From the NCBI GenBank assembly GCA_964016885.1, contig OZ024743.1, positions 240,808,001-240,872,000 on the forward strand: 64,000 bases of DNA, read 5' to 3'. This document shows positions 39,410 through 54,853 of this stretch, piece by piece; position 1 is the first letter of the stretch, and every line of letters begins with the position of its first letter. This stretch comes from Eledone cirrhosa. Taxonomy: Eukaryota. The position numbers and the translations under genes were made by a program. The notes beneath the pieces are model-generated. The model saw only the letters and a program-made list of their open reading frames with translations, was not told the DNA's origin and did no database searches.

Positions 39410-39561
39410 CTCCTGCGACATTGTTACTTTTGCAATTATCATTATTCTCAATATATATATATACTGAGCTAACTCTTTACTCTCTCTCTTCCTTTCCCCT
39501 CTCACTCTCCTCGCTCACTTTCTCTCCTTCGCTCAATCTCTCTCTCTTTATCTCCCCTCTC

Positions 39562-39657
<96 letters not shown>

Positions 39658-39781
39658 AATCTTTGTCTACCTCTCTATTTATTTATGTATAAGCATAAGA
39701 ATTATATATTTCTTTTGTTTCCTCACATTCTCCAGGTACACAATATTGTTTATTGAAGTGATTTACCACCAAACCTGCTCA

Positions 39782-39882
<101 letters not shown>

Positions 39883-40149
39883 GCTGATACAATCTCAAAT
39901 AATCATTGCAAACGTGGACATCACTGTATCGAGATTTTCAGGATATTCTGACATCCATGCAGTAATGGAAGCGGTGTTTGATTTGAAATTTGAAGACGTG
40001 TGAAATCCAAACGCAGAATATTACTGCTAAACCCTCAATTACTATAATAAGAGCCCTTAAAAATTGAGTGAAAAATAGGCCAGTAGCCGGTGTTGTAACA
40101 GTTATTTTCTGCCTTTGGGATTCCCCCATCTTCAAATATCTATCTATCT

Positions 40150-40733
<584 letters not shown>

Positions 40734-40734
40734 A

Positions 40735-41020
40735 TACAAAGATGATTTGTTAAGCCTTCATTACGTTTATTTATTGGTGACGCGCATTTCGCTATTGATC
40801 AGCTCAAGGTTCGATCTGTATCGATCTGGCTTGCATCTGGAATCAAAAGCTCGTTGGACCTCTTTTGTTGACATAATGTCATTACTACAACAGAGGTCCG
40901 ACGAACTTTTCATTCCCGAGTTGGGCCAGATCGATACAGATCAAACCTTGAACTGATCAATAACGAAACGTGCGTCACCAATCAATAAACGTAATGAAGG
41001 CTTAACAAATCGTCCTTGTA
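40735..41020. repeat. Fold-back hairpin, ~134-bp arms, ~18-nt loop, PLE-like 3' end
   Basis: Arms 40735-40868 and 40887-41020; the right arm has GAAACGTGCGTC (3' half of an HHR) followed by AATAAA; starts at a (TA)n tract. Confidence 0.9.
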
Positions 41021-41125
41021 GTATTATATTACACTCTGCCTAGCTCTACACCATGCTACTGACGTGAACCTAAACATCGATCGCTCACCTGGGTGAAACT
41101 ACAGTAACGTCACGTCACACTCCCT

Positions 41126-41170
<45 letters not shown>

Positions 41171-41327
41171 ATACAATAACAGAGATAGTTTAAAGCTAAA
41201 CTCTGACTGGTATACATCTCACTCAACAAACATTAGGTTATATTTAAATATAAACCCAATTTAAGTGTTTGGGGTGCTAACAATATGTATAATGTGGAAA
41301 AACCAGTTGTATTATTTTATGAAAGAG

Positions 41328-41519
41328 GGCGGTGGATTGGCAGTATTGGTAGAGGGTCGGACACCATGCTTTGACGCATAGAGTTACGGCCCTTGCCATT
41401 CTGAGTTCAAATCCCGCCGAGGTTAACTTTGCCTTTCATCCTTACGGGGTCGATAAAATAAAGTACCAGTAATGCACTGGGTAATTGCTGGCCTTGTGCC
41501 TAACGTAGAAACAATTATT
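41328..41519 (+). mobile_element. Reference copy of the dominant tRNA-derived SINE (central domain resembles Nin/Deu-type SINEs)
   Basis: A-box-like head, GAGTTCAAATCC, GCCGAGGTTAACTTTGCCTTTCATCCTTACGGGGTCGATAAAATAAAGTACC; 12-bp duplication ATTATTTTATGA at 41311 and 41514. Confidence 0.9.
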
Positions 41520-41701
41520 TTATGAGATATAATTAAAGTTAAAATACATCTCTCTTTCCAAACAATTGTTTCATTATAAGTTTTCTACAAGTTGGGAGAA
41601 TATTTCCAGTTTATGTAGAAGAATATATTTAGGTGGGCGCTTATAAATCATCAGTGGAAGCCCATTAAACTTTGATATAAGAAAGAAATTCTTACCGCAG
41701 T

Positions 41702-41739
<38 letters not shown>

Positions 41740-41755
41740 CAAGAAAGAAGAGTGA

Positions 41756-41994
41756 CATGGTTTACTATACAATAAGGGTTTTATTCACATTGCTGACAAT
41801 TGTTTCTCTGAACTGGTAGGTCTATAGATCGCTACTCGCCTGTTTTTGCGTCAATAGATCACCAATACTTTGCTATAAGCAGTCTATTCATCAGAGCATG
41901 CGAGAAACAGGCGGGTAGCGATCTCTAGACCTACCAGTTCAGAGAAACTATTGTCAGCAATGTGAATAAAACCCTTATTGTATAGCAAACCATG
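41756..41994 (-). ncRNA. Fold-back hairpin (~95-bp arms) containing a hammerhead motif on -
   Basis: On -: TGCT-CTGATGA (41888-41894), ~80 nt, GAAACAATTGTC-AGCA (41791-41806), then AATAAA. The right arm repeats only the 3' part. Confidence 0.75.
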
Positions 41995-42042
41995 ATTGGA
42001 CTACATCTAAGTGGACTACCTATAGCAATAATTTGTTATCCC

Positions 42043-42095
<53 letters not shown>

Positions 42096-42506
42096 TGCAC
42101 ACATAAAAACGAGTGATCTTATTATGACTATGAGGTGATCATTTGCGAAACGTGTTACTCGTGATTACGAATAAAATATGTTATAGTGAAATTTCAATCT
42201 CTCATTCTTAATATAATCACTCATCTGCATATTACACTACTAACAAACGAATAGCGATGTTTATACACAGATTTAACATTGGATATCCAATTCACATAAA
42301 AGCATAGTGTATTTGAACACCTGTCATTTACATTAATATTGTATTACACACTAACCATATATATATATGAATGTGGAATGTGCACGCGCGCGCATGTGAG
42401 TGTGTGTGTGTCTACGTGTGTGTATGTATGTATGCATGCATACATACGAGAAAAGTCAACAACGAAAAATAACTCGGGAAAACTATACAATTCAACGACA
42501 ATATTT

Positions 42507-42675
42507 ATTAGTTTAACGCTTGATAAAGTAGGTGAAATATCTTAGCGTTTTAGACGTTAGTCCTTCATTAGAAGATTGAATGAGAAAGAAATATAAAGAC
42601 GCATGTAAGAAAAGGAAGAATTCCAATTTTTTTTCAGGAAGAAAACATTCATGAACTTAGTCAGCCACATTATAG

Positions 42676-42734
<59 letters not shown>

Positions 42735-42899
42735 TGTCAACATGAATGGACCTGTTATTTTTTATCTAAAGACATTTTTTCCAATTCTATCCCGCCCGTC
42801 CCCTCAATTTATTTTATTTCTCATTCATTCTTCTGATGAAGAACTAGCGTCCGAAACGTTATGACCTTCTTCCTGCCATATCAAGCGTTAACCTAATAT
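42507..42899. repeat. Diverged inverted pair of PLE-like repeats with a minimal hammerhead
   Basis: CTGATGAAGAACTAGCGTCCGAAACGTT at 42833-42860 (+); decayed reverse copy near 42543-42570; third copy at 62280-62307 (-). Confidence 0.7.
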
Positions 42900-43168
42900 A
42901 TACCTTCCATATACTGTACCGATTGTGTTGTTATTTCTGTTTACCTTTTACATACATATATATATAAGGTGGCGTGCTATTTGAAGCATTCGATGCTGTG
43001 AGGAGGTCCGTTATGAGGCCCTTTGCACATATGAGCTCGTATATCTGAGGAGATGTCGAAAAAGAGTCTGGCCCCGTCACCTTGATTGTAGCCTGAGCTG
43101 ATTGATATCGAAACAATTGTAATATGCAAATAAAATTTGTACATATGCAGCAATACTGACTTCCACTC

Positions 43169-43251
<83 letters not shown>

Positions 43252-43630
43252 CAGTGGTGGACTGGCCAGGTTGCCCAATGGCAAGTCTGCCCCAGGGGGC
43301 CTACGGTATGATTGCAAGAGCGCACAGTACCATTGCAGCGCCCACTGTAGTATTTTAGGGGCCAATGCTTTGCTTTAAAAAAATACCTGAAATTTAAGAG
43401 AAATAATAAAATAAAAAAATAAAAATAAATAAATCAATTATGCAAAGCAATTTGTCAACCAATTCCCTATGGAATTACTAGAAACCAAAGTATATGATAG
43501 TGCAGATAGTTGAAACCAGTGGTTGTACATTCTACTAGATCAAAAGCTTAGTGTATTCATTCATGCATGCAAACATACATATATATAGACACAGACACAA
43601 TTATATATATATAGATATATAGATATAGAT

Positions 43631-43664
<34 letters not shown>

Positions 43665-43680
43665 GTATATATATATGTAT

Positions 43681-43774
<94 letters not shown>

Positions 43775-44286
43775 TGGCTGCCAACTCCTTTTCGAGTACA
43801 GACACTACTTTATATCCATGTAGAACTCCTACCGATGCGCTGAACGAGTGTGACTTTTTAGTCTAGCGAGCGACTTGAAAACTGTGGTACAAACACTACA
43901 TTTGTGACAATTATTGACACATAGTGCTGGGCCCATGGTACCATGTGACGACAAGTGCAGAGAGATCTCCAGATACAAAGCAATGCCTATGCCGTGAAGT
44001 TTTTATAGTGAGCAAAGGCACTGCACAAAGCCAGTCCCACTCTCTTAACCAAGCTGATATTTACCAAAAAGAAGAACAAGTCAACATCATTAGATACCAT
44101 CAGGGTTGCAGGTGTTTAATTCAGAGTTTTCCTTCTCCTAGAATTCTGCCTTGACAAAGGCTAAGGGGTCATCTGTCCGGGTGATTTTGGATGGCCATTG
44201 ACTCTTAAGAGCTCCTTTGCCCTTTGACAGGTTTTGTTTTTAGTCCTGCAGGATGTCTGTCCAAAGTCACCCTCCTCACCAAGAAA

Positions 44287-44556
<270 letters not shown>

Positions 44557-44911
44557 TGTGTGAAAGACAAATGATCATTATTGAAAGTCTCTGGATTTCA
44601 CAAAGTACATGATATTTTTTATTCGAGAAGTTAAGATATTTTTCCGCAAAAATTTGATTGCACTGTTTTGTTTCCACTCATGTATTTTTTGAAAATGTTA
44701 TTTATTCATTATAAAAATTAAATGATAGCATTCTATATGTAGGTGGCCCCCTTCATCTGGCAACCAATATTTTTAGACCTAATCCGCTATTGTGTATATA
44801 TATATATATATATATATAAAGGAACGATCGACTTTCGCCAAATCGGACCAAGGAAACAATGTTTCCGTTGGTCTTTCCAATTGCTAATACTATCTATCGG
44901 TCGCAACTCCA

Positions 44912-45028
44912 GGAGCAACGTGAAATAAAGTGTCTTGCTCAAGGACATAACGCATCGCCTGGTTCAGGAATCGAACTCACAACCTTACGATTGCGAATCC
45001 AATTCTCTAACCACTCAGCCACACGCCT
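44912..45028 (-). mobile_element. tRNA-derived CORE-type SINE 5' part
   Basis: On -: A box TGGCTGAGTGG, B box GAGTTCGATTCC, CORE-like TGTCCTTGAGCAAGACACTTTA. Confidence 0.8.
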
Positions 45029-45337
45029 TCACATATATATATATATAATGACAATCATGGTAAGTTTGAATCTAACTGACATGCAAAAACATATATATAG
45101 GTATAAGGTAAGCCCAAATCATAGTAGATTCAAATATCACGGAGAGAGAGAGACAGGAGGAGGAAAAATGAAGTGGAACAGAACTGAAATTTGGATTACA
45201 TGTTAAAATGCAGTCTAGACAGATGAGAAACAAAACGAGGATATAGTTTATGGAACACCCAAATGATTTAGAAGTCGACCTTAAGTAGGAACATTAAGAA
45301 ATACATGAACGACATCACATCATTTTTCTTTGACCGT

Positions 45338-45660
45338 TTTGAAAGTAGATTTATAAATATGAATTTTCGTGAAAATTTCGTTGTTGTCTCTGTGGTACTA
45401 GAAAATTTCGTTGTTGTCTCTAGAGACAGTGGAGATCCTAGTCTGGGGTTCAATCCTGGTCAAGAGTTACATGTAACCTTTTTCAGTTTTTATTTTACAA
45501 CCAATAGAAAAAAACTGAAAAGGTTTACCGGGAACCCTACTCCTGACCAAGATCGAACTTAACACCATGATCACCACCGTCTATGATTCCTCCAACTAGG
45601 GCGCCGAGACAACTACGAAAGTATAATGAAAATTGATAATTATAAACCTACTTTCAACCT
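45338..45660. repeat. Diverged inverted pair of tRNA-like modules
   Basis: TTGAAAGTAG.TTTATAA..AATTTTC..TTTCGT.GTTGTCTC and B-box-like GTTC(A/G)ATC(C/T)TGGTCA(A/G)GAGT on opposite strands. Confidence 0.6.
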
Positions 45661-45969
45661 ACTGCCACCAACATGTTATAAATTAAGAAACACCCTCCAG
45701 TCCGGTCACAACCCTTATATGCATTCTTCTAAACACATGTGCCTAAACCCATAGACTTATATCTGAGTCGGACCTCCATCAGTTACGATGACACTTTTTT
45801 CAGTTGTTCGATCCACGGAACAGTTTGATCATGATGCTACACATTCCATAGACTAGTGTTCCCTTAAAGTAATAATCAGGATGACGCAGCATCGCACAGT
45901 TTATGACAAGATTGTCCCTCTAAATCACAGACACATCACATTGTCGCTGAATGGACTGGGGCAACGTAA

Positions 45970-46615
45970 AATAATTGGTTTACTTTTGGCACAAGGCCAG
46001 CAATTACCCCAGTGCGCGACTGGTACTTTATTTTATCGACCCCGTAATGTAAAAGGTAAAGTTAACCTCGGTGGTATTTCAACTCAGAACATAAAAGTCC
46101 ATAACTCTATGCCACAAAGCATAATGTCCGACGCTCTACTGATACTGCCAATAATAATAATAATAATAATAATAATTTCTTTATTGACCACAAGGGCTGA
46201 CATCAAGAAAAACATTACAGACGGCACAGGACGGTACAGGACGGCACAGGACGGTACGGTGTGGGTTTTGTGCGTGTAAATATTTTTATTATTTATATAA
46301 GAAAAGAAAAAAAAGGACATAGAAACATATATATATATATAAACAATAATAATAATAATAATAATAATAATTGTTTCTACTTTAGGCACAAGGCCAGCAA
46401 TTACCAGTGCATTACTGGTACTTTATTTTAATAATAATGGTTTCTTATATAGGCACAAGACCAGCAATTTTTTGGGAGGGAAAAGTCGATTAAATCGACC
46501 CCAGTACATTACTGGTACATTATCTTATCGATCCCGTAAGGATGAAGGGCAGAGTTAACCCCGGCGGGATTTGAACTCAGAACGCAAAAGGCCATAACTC
46601 TATGCTGCAAAGCAT
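45970..46615 (-). mobile_element. SINE copies plus a Tx1-like 3' end (46160-46320) in (AAT)n
   Basis: SINEs near 45970-46150, 46365-46430 and 46436-46615; on -, GCCCTTGTGGTCAATAAAGAA(ATT)n near 46170-46198. Confidence 0.75.
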
Positions 46616-46812
46616 GTGAGTTGTTCAAGGACTCAATATACCTTAAAGTGGCGAGTCGGACACTCTAGCCACCCAGCCAGGTATCGAGAGATAACATACG
46701 TACACTAATGTAGTGACCACCACAACTAAACATATACACAGGTATGAATATATACCTACACATATATATACACGGTATACATCCAGCACACGTACACGTG
46801 ATTGTATAGCTA

Positions 46813-47750
46813 CCACCACTACATATATCCTACTACCACCACCACCACTACCATTACATATATCCTACTACCACCACCACCACTACCACTACATATATGC
46901 TACCACCACCACCACCACTACTACTACATATATCCTACTACAATCACCACCACTACCACTACATATATCCTACTACCACCACCACCACTACCACTACATA
47001 TATCCTACTACCACCACCACCACTACCACTACATATATCCTACTACCACCACCACCACTACCACTACATATATCCTACCACCACCACCACCACTACCACT
47101 ACATATATCCTACTACAATCACCACCACTACCACTACATATATCCTACTACCACCACCACCACTACCACTACATATATCCTACTACCACCACCACCACTA
47201 CCACTACATATATCCTACTACCACCACCACCACTACCACTACATATATCCTACCACCACCACCACCACTACTACTACATATATCCTACTACAATCACCAC
47301 CACTACCACTACATATATCCTACCACCACCACCACCACTACCACTACATATATCCTACCACCACCACCACCACTACCACTACATATATCCTACTACAATC
47401 ACCACCACTACCACTACATATATCCTACTACAATCACCACCACTACCACTACATACATCCTACTACCATCACCACCACTACCACTACATACATCCTACTA
47501 CCATCACCACCACTACCAGAACGTACATCCTGCCGCCGCCACCACCTCCACATATATCCTACACCACCACCACCACATACATCCTACTACACCACCACCA
47601 CCACCACCACCATCACATATATCCTACTACAACAACACCATCACATACTTTATACTACTACTACCACCACCACCACATACATTCTACCACCACCACCACC
47701 ACCACCACCACATACATTCTACTACTACTACCACCACCACCACCACCATC
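46813..47750. repeat. 35-bp minisatellite, ~20 good copies then decay
   Basis: Unit CCACTACATATATCCTACTACCACCACCACCACTA. Confidence 0.95.
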
Positions 47751-48059
47751 ATACAGGCATTAGTTAGTTGCTCTTTTAAGCATTAGTTACTATTTAACTA
47801 ACACATGACATTTTATCAGCTTCCTCGCTTCACTGATTCCTGCTATCCTTTGTTTCTTTCACCCACACACCAGACCACCCTACCTCTCGTGACACTACAC
47901 CACACCACCCTACCTCTCGTGACACTATACCCCACCACCCTACCTCTCATGACACTCCAGCACATTACACTACAGTACAGCACCCCCACACCTCGTAACA
48001 TTACACAACACAACACTTCTACACTTCATATATAACATCACATCTGCCCTACCTCACAC

Positions 48060-48935
48060 CATACCACTACCCCACATTACACTACACTACACCACACTAC
48101 ACCACATTACACTACACCACCACTACTCCACACTATTCCACATTACACTACACCACATTACACTACACTACACCACACTACACCACATTACACTACACTA
48201 CACCACACTACACTACACCATATTACACTACACCATATTACACTACGCCCAACTACATTATACAACGTTACACTACACCATAGTCTAAAGTTTAAAGTCT
48301 ATCTTAAGCCAGAAGGCTTATTTGGCCGGTACTTATCCCGGTTTCAAGACCCCTCTGGACAGGACGGCAGTCCATCGCAGGGTTAAACTCCCAGCTATTG
48401 CTGGTACTCATTTTCAGCTGAGTATACTGGAGCAACGTGAAATGAAGTGTTTTGCTCAAGAACACAACACGCAACCCTAGTACACTCCTATAATCTATTT
48501 ATAGCATGTTTTCCTATCTCCCCTACATCACACCACAACTCTACACTATATATAACCATCAATATATTTCATACCATTAATCCCATACCACCCATCATTA
48601 CACAATACTACACTACGCTGCACTACATCATACCACACCTCGACACTATATATGGCATCTCTCTTGGAATCAATCCTATACCATACAACACTCCACTACA
48701 CTACATTACAATATACTACACTACACCACACCCCATCACACTATACTACACCACACCACATCACACTATACTACACTACACCATATCACACTATACTACT
48801 CTAAAGCACACCAGATTACACTATACTACACTACACCACACCACATCATATTATACTACATTACAATACACCACATCACACTATACTACACTAAACCACA
48901 TCACACTATACTACACTAAACCACACTACAACACT
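48060..48935. repeat. (CACTA/CACCA)n pentamer repeats interrupted by a CORE-type SINE fragment (48320-48475, -)
   Basis: Seen directly; the SINE part matches 44912-44950 and 60330-60507. Confidence 0.8.
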
Positions 48936-49243
48936 AAAAGTTCGATATATATCTATCCCACACAACGGATGCACTATGCTTAAGTTCTCTTCACAATCAT
49001 TAAATCACGGGTTCGATCTCACTACGTAACATCTTGTGCAATTATCATTTATCACAACTTTTGGTTGATCAATGCTTTGCCAATGAAATATGGTCCAGAT
49101 TTATAAAAATAGAAGTGTTTAAGATAAACTTACAAACACGAAATAAAACGGGAAAATAGCAGAACTGTTTAAGTGAATTAAACCACAAACTTGATAACAC
49201 ACTTACATATTCACTCACACGCACACACGTACTCACGTTTACC

Positions 49244-49297
<54 letters not shown>

Positions 49298-50026
49298 GCA
49301 CAAAGATTGGCAGATTCGTAAAAACGTTAGACATTATCTTCAGCGTTTAAAACGAAGTCAACTTTTCCTTCTATCCTTTCAGTATTGACGAAACAAAGTA
49401 CCAGGTGGCTACTGGTGTCGATATAATTGAGTTTCCATTTCTAATAAATATCTGTCCTGGTGCCTATGTTAGACATCATTGTTATTTGTTAAGGCGGTGG
49501 ATTGCCAAAATAGTTAGAATATTGAAATATGTTGCACAATTATTCTGGCTCTTTACAATCTGAGTTTGAAGCTTACCAAAGTCAATTTTGCTTTTCATAC
49601 TTCCATGGTTGATAAAATAAAGTACCAGTAGTTTGGTGAGGTCCATTTCATCACCCCAGCAACAACCACCAAACTAGACCACTATTATTATTTGTAGTCA
49701 AAGAAAAGGTTTTCCCAGGAGACTATATCAGAGAATAGACACAATGATCAAGTCTCTAGAGGTACTATATATATATATATACACCATTTACGTTAAGCTG
49801 TTTACAAATGGGTAGGACTGGTAGTTCCGGTTAGTATATATACATACATACATATATATATGTGAAGGGAACGTTTCCACGAACCAAAGTATTGTCTTCT
49901 AGTCTTCCTTCGGTTGCAACGTTTTTTGAAATATTTATTTCTGCGTTCACAGATTGACTTTTTTAGTTTCAGAAGATCCCGTTAAGGGTGAAAGCAGCGA
50001 TTCTTTGCTTAAACTTTAATCTGTTA

Positions 50027-50104
<78 letters not shown>

Positions 50105-50143
50105 CATACATATATATACATATATATATACACATATATATAT

Positions 50144-50238
<95 letters not shown>

Positions 50239-50311
50239 TATATATAATAGTAGAACACAGGAGGGTTATACCCGTAGTAGTAGAGCATTCAGTCCATGGG
50301 ACAAGTTTGGT

Positions 50312-50461
50312 AGAAGTAGTTCCACAACAGTTAGTTCATCATACCGAGAACAATTGTTTCACCTTATTTGGATCGTCAGCTTGCAAGACCAAGCTGAGGA
50401 TCCGAATAAGGTGAAACAATTGTTCTCGGTATGATAAACTAACTGTTGTGGATCTACTTCT
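50312..50461. ncRNA. Fold-back hairpin made of two head-to-head minimal hammerheads
   Basis: +: CTGAGGA (50394-50400) TCCGAATAAGGT GAAACAATTGTT; -: CTGACGA TCCAAATAAGGT GAAACAATTGTT; palindromic stem III ACAATTGT. Confidence 0.75.
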
Positions 50462-50472
50462 CTCTCTCTCTC

Positions 50473-50598
<126 letters not shown>

Positions 50599-50721
50599 AA
50601 TCTACCAAAATATACGGTAGTGTCCAAACCGTATGAAGAACTCAATTTAATCCAAATATCATGAAAAGAGAAGATGTATTCAAAGTTTTTTCGATGAAAA
50701 ACACAGGAAAACAGAGCCAAG

Positions 50722-51060
50722 ATAAATTAATAAAAATAATGAATAAAAACAAAGAAACAGTTGCTTATATTAAAAAATTCATCCTTTTACGATCGTTTCT
50801 AGGATATATATGTGTGTGTGTTGGTATGTATATCATATAGATCTAAGTAAAAATTTTACAAACTATCAGAGAGAATATACATACGACAGCATATATATGT
50901 GTAGGTATGTATATTCCCTCTGATAGTTTGTAAAATATTTACATAGATCTATATGATATACATACCAACACACATATATATCCTAGAAACGATCGTAAAA
51001 TGATGAATTTTTTAATATAACCAACTGTTTTTTGTTTTTATTTATTCATTATTTTTATTA

Positions 51061-51066
<6 letters not shown>
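50722..51066. repeat. Fold-back hairpin, ~163-bp arms, same family as the HHR element at 26-240
   Basis: Both arms carry CTAGAAACGATCGTAAAA. The forward copy starts at GACAGCATATATATGTG, just after the CTGAA of the family core. Ends in (TA)n. Confidence 0.9.
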
Positions 51067-51119
<53 letters not shown>

Positions 51120-51130
51120 CATATATATAT

Positions 51131-51275
51131 CAAATAGGGTGTGGTAAAATACAGGTGGACCATAACCCACTAGAGTACTCGATACTTGGGGTAGGAGAGT
51201 GGGTAATATGAAAAGATTCAGGAACCCCGACGGTTGAGCGCCGGCCGTTTCGACAGCTAGATCCGATCTAGCTGT

Positions 51276-51277
<2 letters not shown>
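51131..51277 (-). mobile_element. Diverged Naiad-family pLTR 3' end with a 13-bp snap-back
   Basis: Similar to the reverse complement of 4840-4967; CGACAGCTAGATC-C-GATCTAGCTGTCG at 51251-51277. Confidence 0.75.
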
Positions 51278-51338
<61 letters not shown>

Positions 51339-51848
51339 GTGCGTGTGTGTTTGAGTGTGTGTGTGTGAGTATGTGTGTGTGTGTGTACATTAAAAGATGA
51401 CAAAAATGACAAGTAACAAAAATATGGATAGGAACGAAATGGAGGGTGACATACAAACTCCTGCATCACCACCAACACCGCAATTCCGAACACAACTAAC
51501 AACAACAACAACAACCATGATATCACATGCCCCTTTCATACACTTATACACACATACACACATGCACACACACATGTGCACACACACACATGCGCGCACA
51601 CACACACACCCAAATCCAACAGGAGAAAAAATATAAAAAAGCCAACAAACTTTATCTTTCTTTCTCCCCTCCTCTCCCCCTCTCTCTCTTCATCTCTGTT
51701 TCACGCAATACAGTCACACATGCACTCTCCTTTTCCAACACACTCTCGTACATGATCTCTCTCTTTCTTCCTCTCTCTCTCTCACACTCATACAGGATGC
51801 CTCTCTCATTCTCTCTCAACCTCTCCCTCTCTCTCAATCTCGCTCTTT

Positions 51849-51900
<52 letters not shown>

Positions 51901-52232
51901 ATCTCCCTCTCTTACACACAAACACACACACACCCAGCAATGCTCTTCCCAACCCCCCATCGTAGAAAAACAACAACCCATCAAAAACAAACAAACACAG
52001 CTGACCATATAAAGAGAGTTGAGTGGACAAAACCCCTGATATTCTCAAGGTGGTTGTTTAGGCGCATGCGTACTGCTACGTTCGACTTAAACTGCTGCAC
52101 ACGGAAGAATGCATCCGTCCTTACGTGTGCATGACACCTGTTAAGGTATAATGCTTGTTGTAGCGCACGCTCTGGTGACAGATATTGCAGCGTTGCACGA
52201 TTGCAGTGTGCTGCCGCGGCACTAGCAGCAAC

Positions 52233-53090
<858 letters not shown>

Positions 53091-53193
53091 AGTGGTGGTG
53101 TTTGAGTTCCTATTGTTCGAAACGATAGAAGTGTTGGAGACGGTGATTGTGTTGTTGTGTGGGCGAGGGGAGGGGGGGGGGGTAATGTTGCTG

Positions 53194-53225
<32 letters not shown>

Positions 53226-53437
53226 GGTGTTCTGGTGTCGATGTTGATGATGTTGTTGGTGTTATTTATGTTATAGTAGCATGCAATGTCACAGCAGGAC
53301 ATAATATGTATCAATGTGTACTTGTATATTATACATGTTTGTATATTTGTACGTGCGCATCAATATAGGCATATGTATCACCGTAGATAGATGACAGCGG
53401 TCGAGAGAAATGAGTACTCAATACTGAAATAGAGTGT

Positions 53438-53579
53438 TATTCATTTTATTAAGGCTAAATAGTGAGTCTTGTTACTCTGGAGTTTCGCCTGCTTCTGGCA
53501 GGGTCATCAGACAAGATGACCCTGCGAGAATAAGGCGAAACCCTAGAGTAACAAGACCCACTATTTAGCCTTAATAAAA

Positions 53580-53585
<6 letters not shown>
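53438..53585 (-). ncRNA. Fold-back hairpin with a near-canonical hammerhead on -
   Basis: On - (53467-53516): TCTTGT-CTGATGA-C-CCTGC cagaa GCAGG-C-GAAACTCCAGAGTA-ACAAGA (stem I 6 bp, GTA triplet). The inverted copy begins at GATGA, lacking CT; then AATAAA and (TA)n. Confidence 0.8.
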
Positions 53586-53613
<28 letters not shown>

Positions 53614-53618
53614 GAATT

Positions 53619-53663
<45 letters not shown>

Positions 53664-54109
53664 ACACATATATGTATATATATATGTGTATATATATATG
53701 TGTATATATATATATATATGCATATATGTGTGTGTACATATATATGTATATATATATGTGTATATATATATGTGTATATATATTTATATGCATATATGTG
53801 TGTGTACATATATATGTATATATATATGTGTATATATACTATATATATATATATATATATACACAAACATAGTTATCCTATAAGTCACAACTCACATGCT
53901 ATCATCGTCGTTGTAGTGCGCACACATACACACAGAGGTATATAAGATATATATAGGTGTGTATGTATATTATAGGCACTCGTTTTACGTGAAGCGAATG
54001 ACTATGTGTATACTCTGGGAATGTATCCTACATTACCTATTGAGTACGCTAGATACAACCGGTCCTGTCATTGATAAATATGCTGGGTCCGTCAACTCCT
54101 TATTATATA

Positions 54110-54192
<83 letters not shown>

Positions 54193-54524
54193 TTACTTTA
54201 GACAGATTCACACAAGGACTATAATAGCTGTTTGATCAGCGGAATGACCAGCTTGTGAAATTAATACGTAGATAGCTGAGTATTCCACAGACACGTGTAC
54301 TCTGGACACAATTTTCAAGGAGGTCTCAGCTTCACCGAGTGTTATAAGACTGGTCGTTAAAATTACAGCTATAATCTATTCGACTGACTTCCAAAACCCA
54401 GTTTCCATTAACCCACCTTCATTTAGAAAGTGTAGGTTGACCCACCCGACATTGTGGTACACATGAGTTAAGCAGCCAAGCTTTGGTTTGAACCAAGAAA
54501 CTCATGTATGTTTAGCGAACTTAT

Positions 54525-54602
<78 letters not shown>

Positions 54603-54668
54603 TTCTCTCTCTCCCTCCCTCTCTATCTCTCTCTATCTATCTATCTCTCTTCATCCTCTCTCTCTCTC

Positions 54669-54721
<53 letters not shown>

Positions 54722-54728
54722 GTATTTA

Positions 54729-54853
54729 TTTATTTTATATAGAAATGAATTCTACAGGACTAGAACAATTTCATTCGCATGGTATCATCAGGAATGATTT
54801 TATACAAGAGAAACAGTTCTAGTACTGTAGCATTCATTTCTATATAAAATAAA
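54729..54853. repeat. Fold-back hairpin with a degenerate hammerhead on -
   Basis: ~44-bp arms; on -, CTGATGATACCATGCGAATGAAAT; relatives near 62125-62160 and 62460-62560. Confidence 0.7.

Noticed and set aside
46713-47786. Extensin/His-rich ORFs of 288-357 aa
   Set aside because: Open in all three frames because the 35-bp C/A-rich unit lacks stop codons.
49970-49995. Hammerhead-like CAGAAGA..GAAAG (also CTATGAG..GAAAC near 42128-42166)
   Set aside because: Core mutated and no convincing stems I/III; at most decayed copies.
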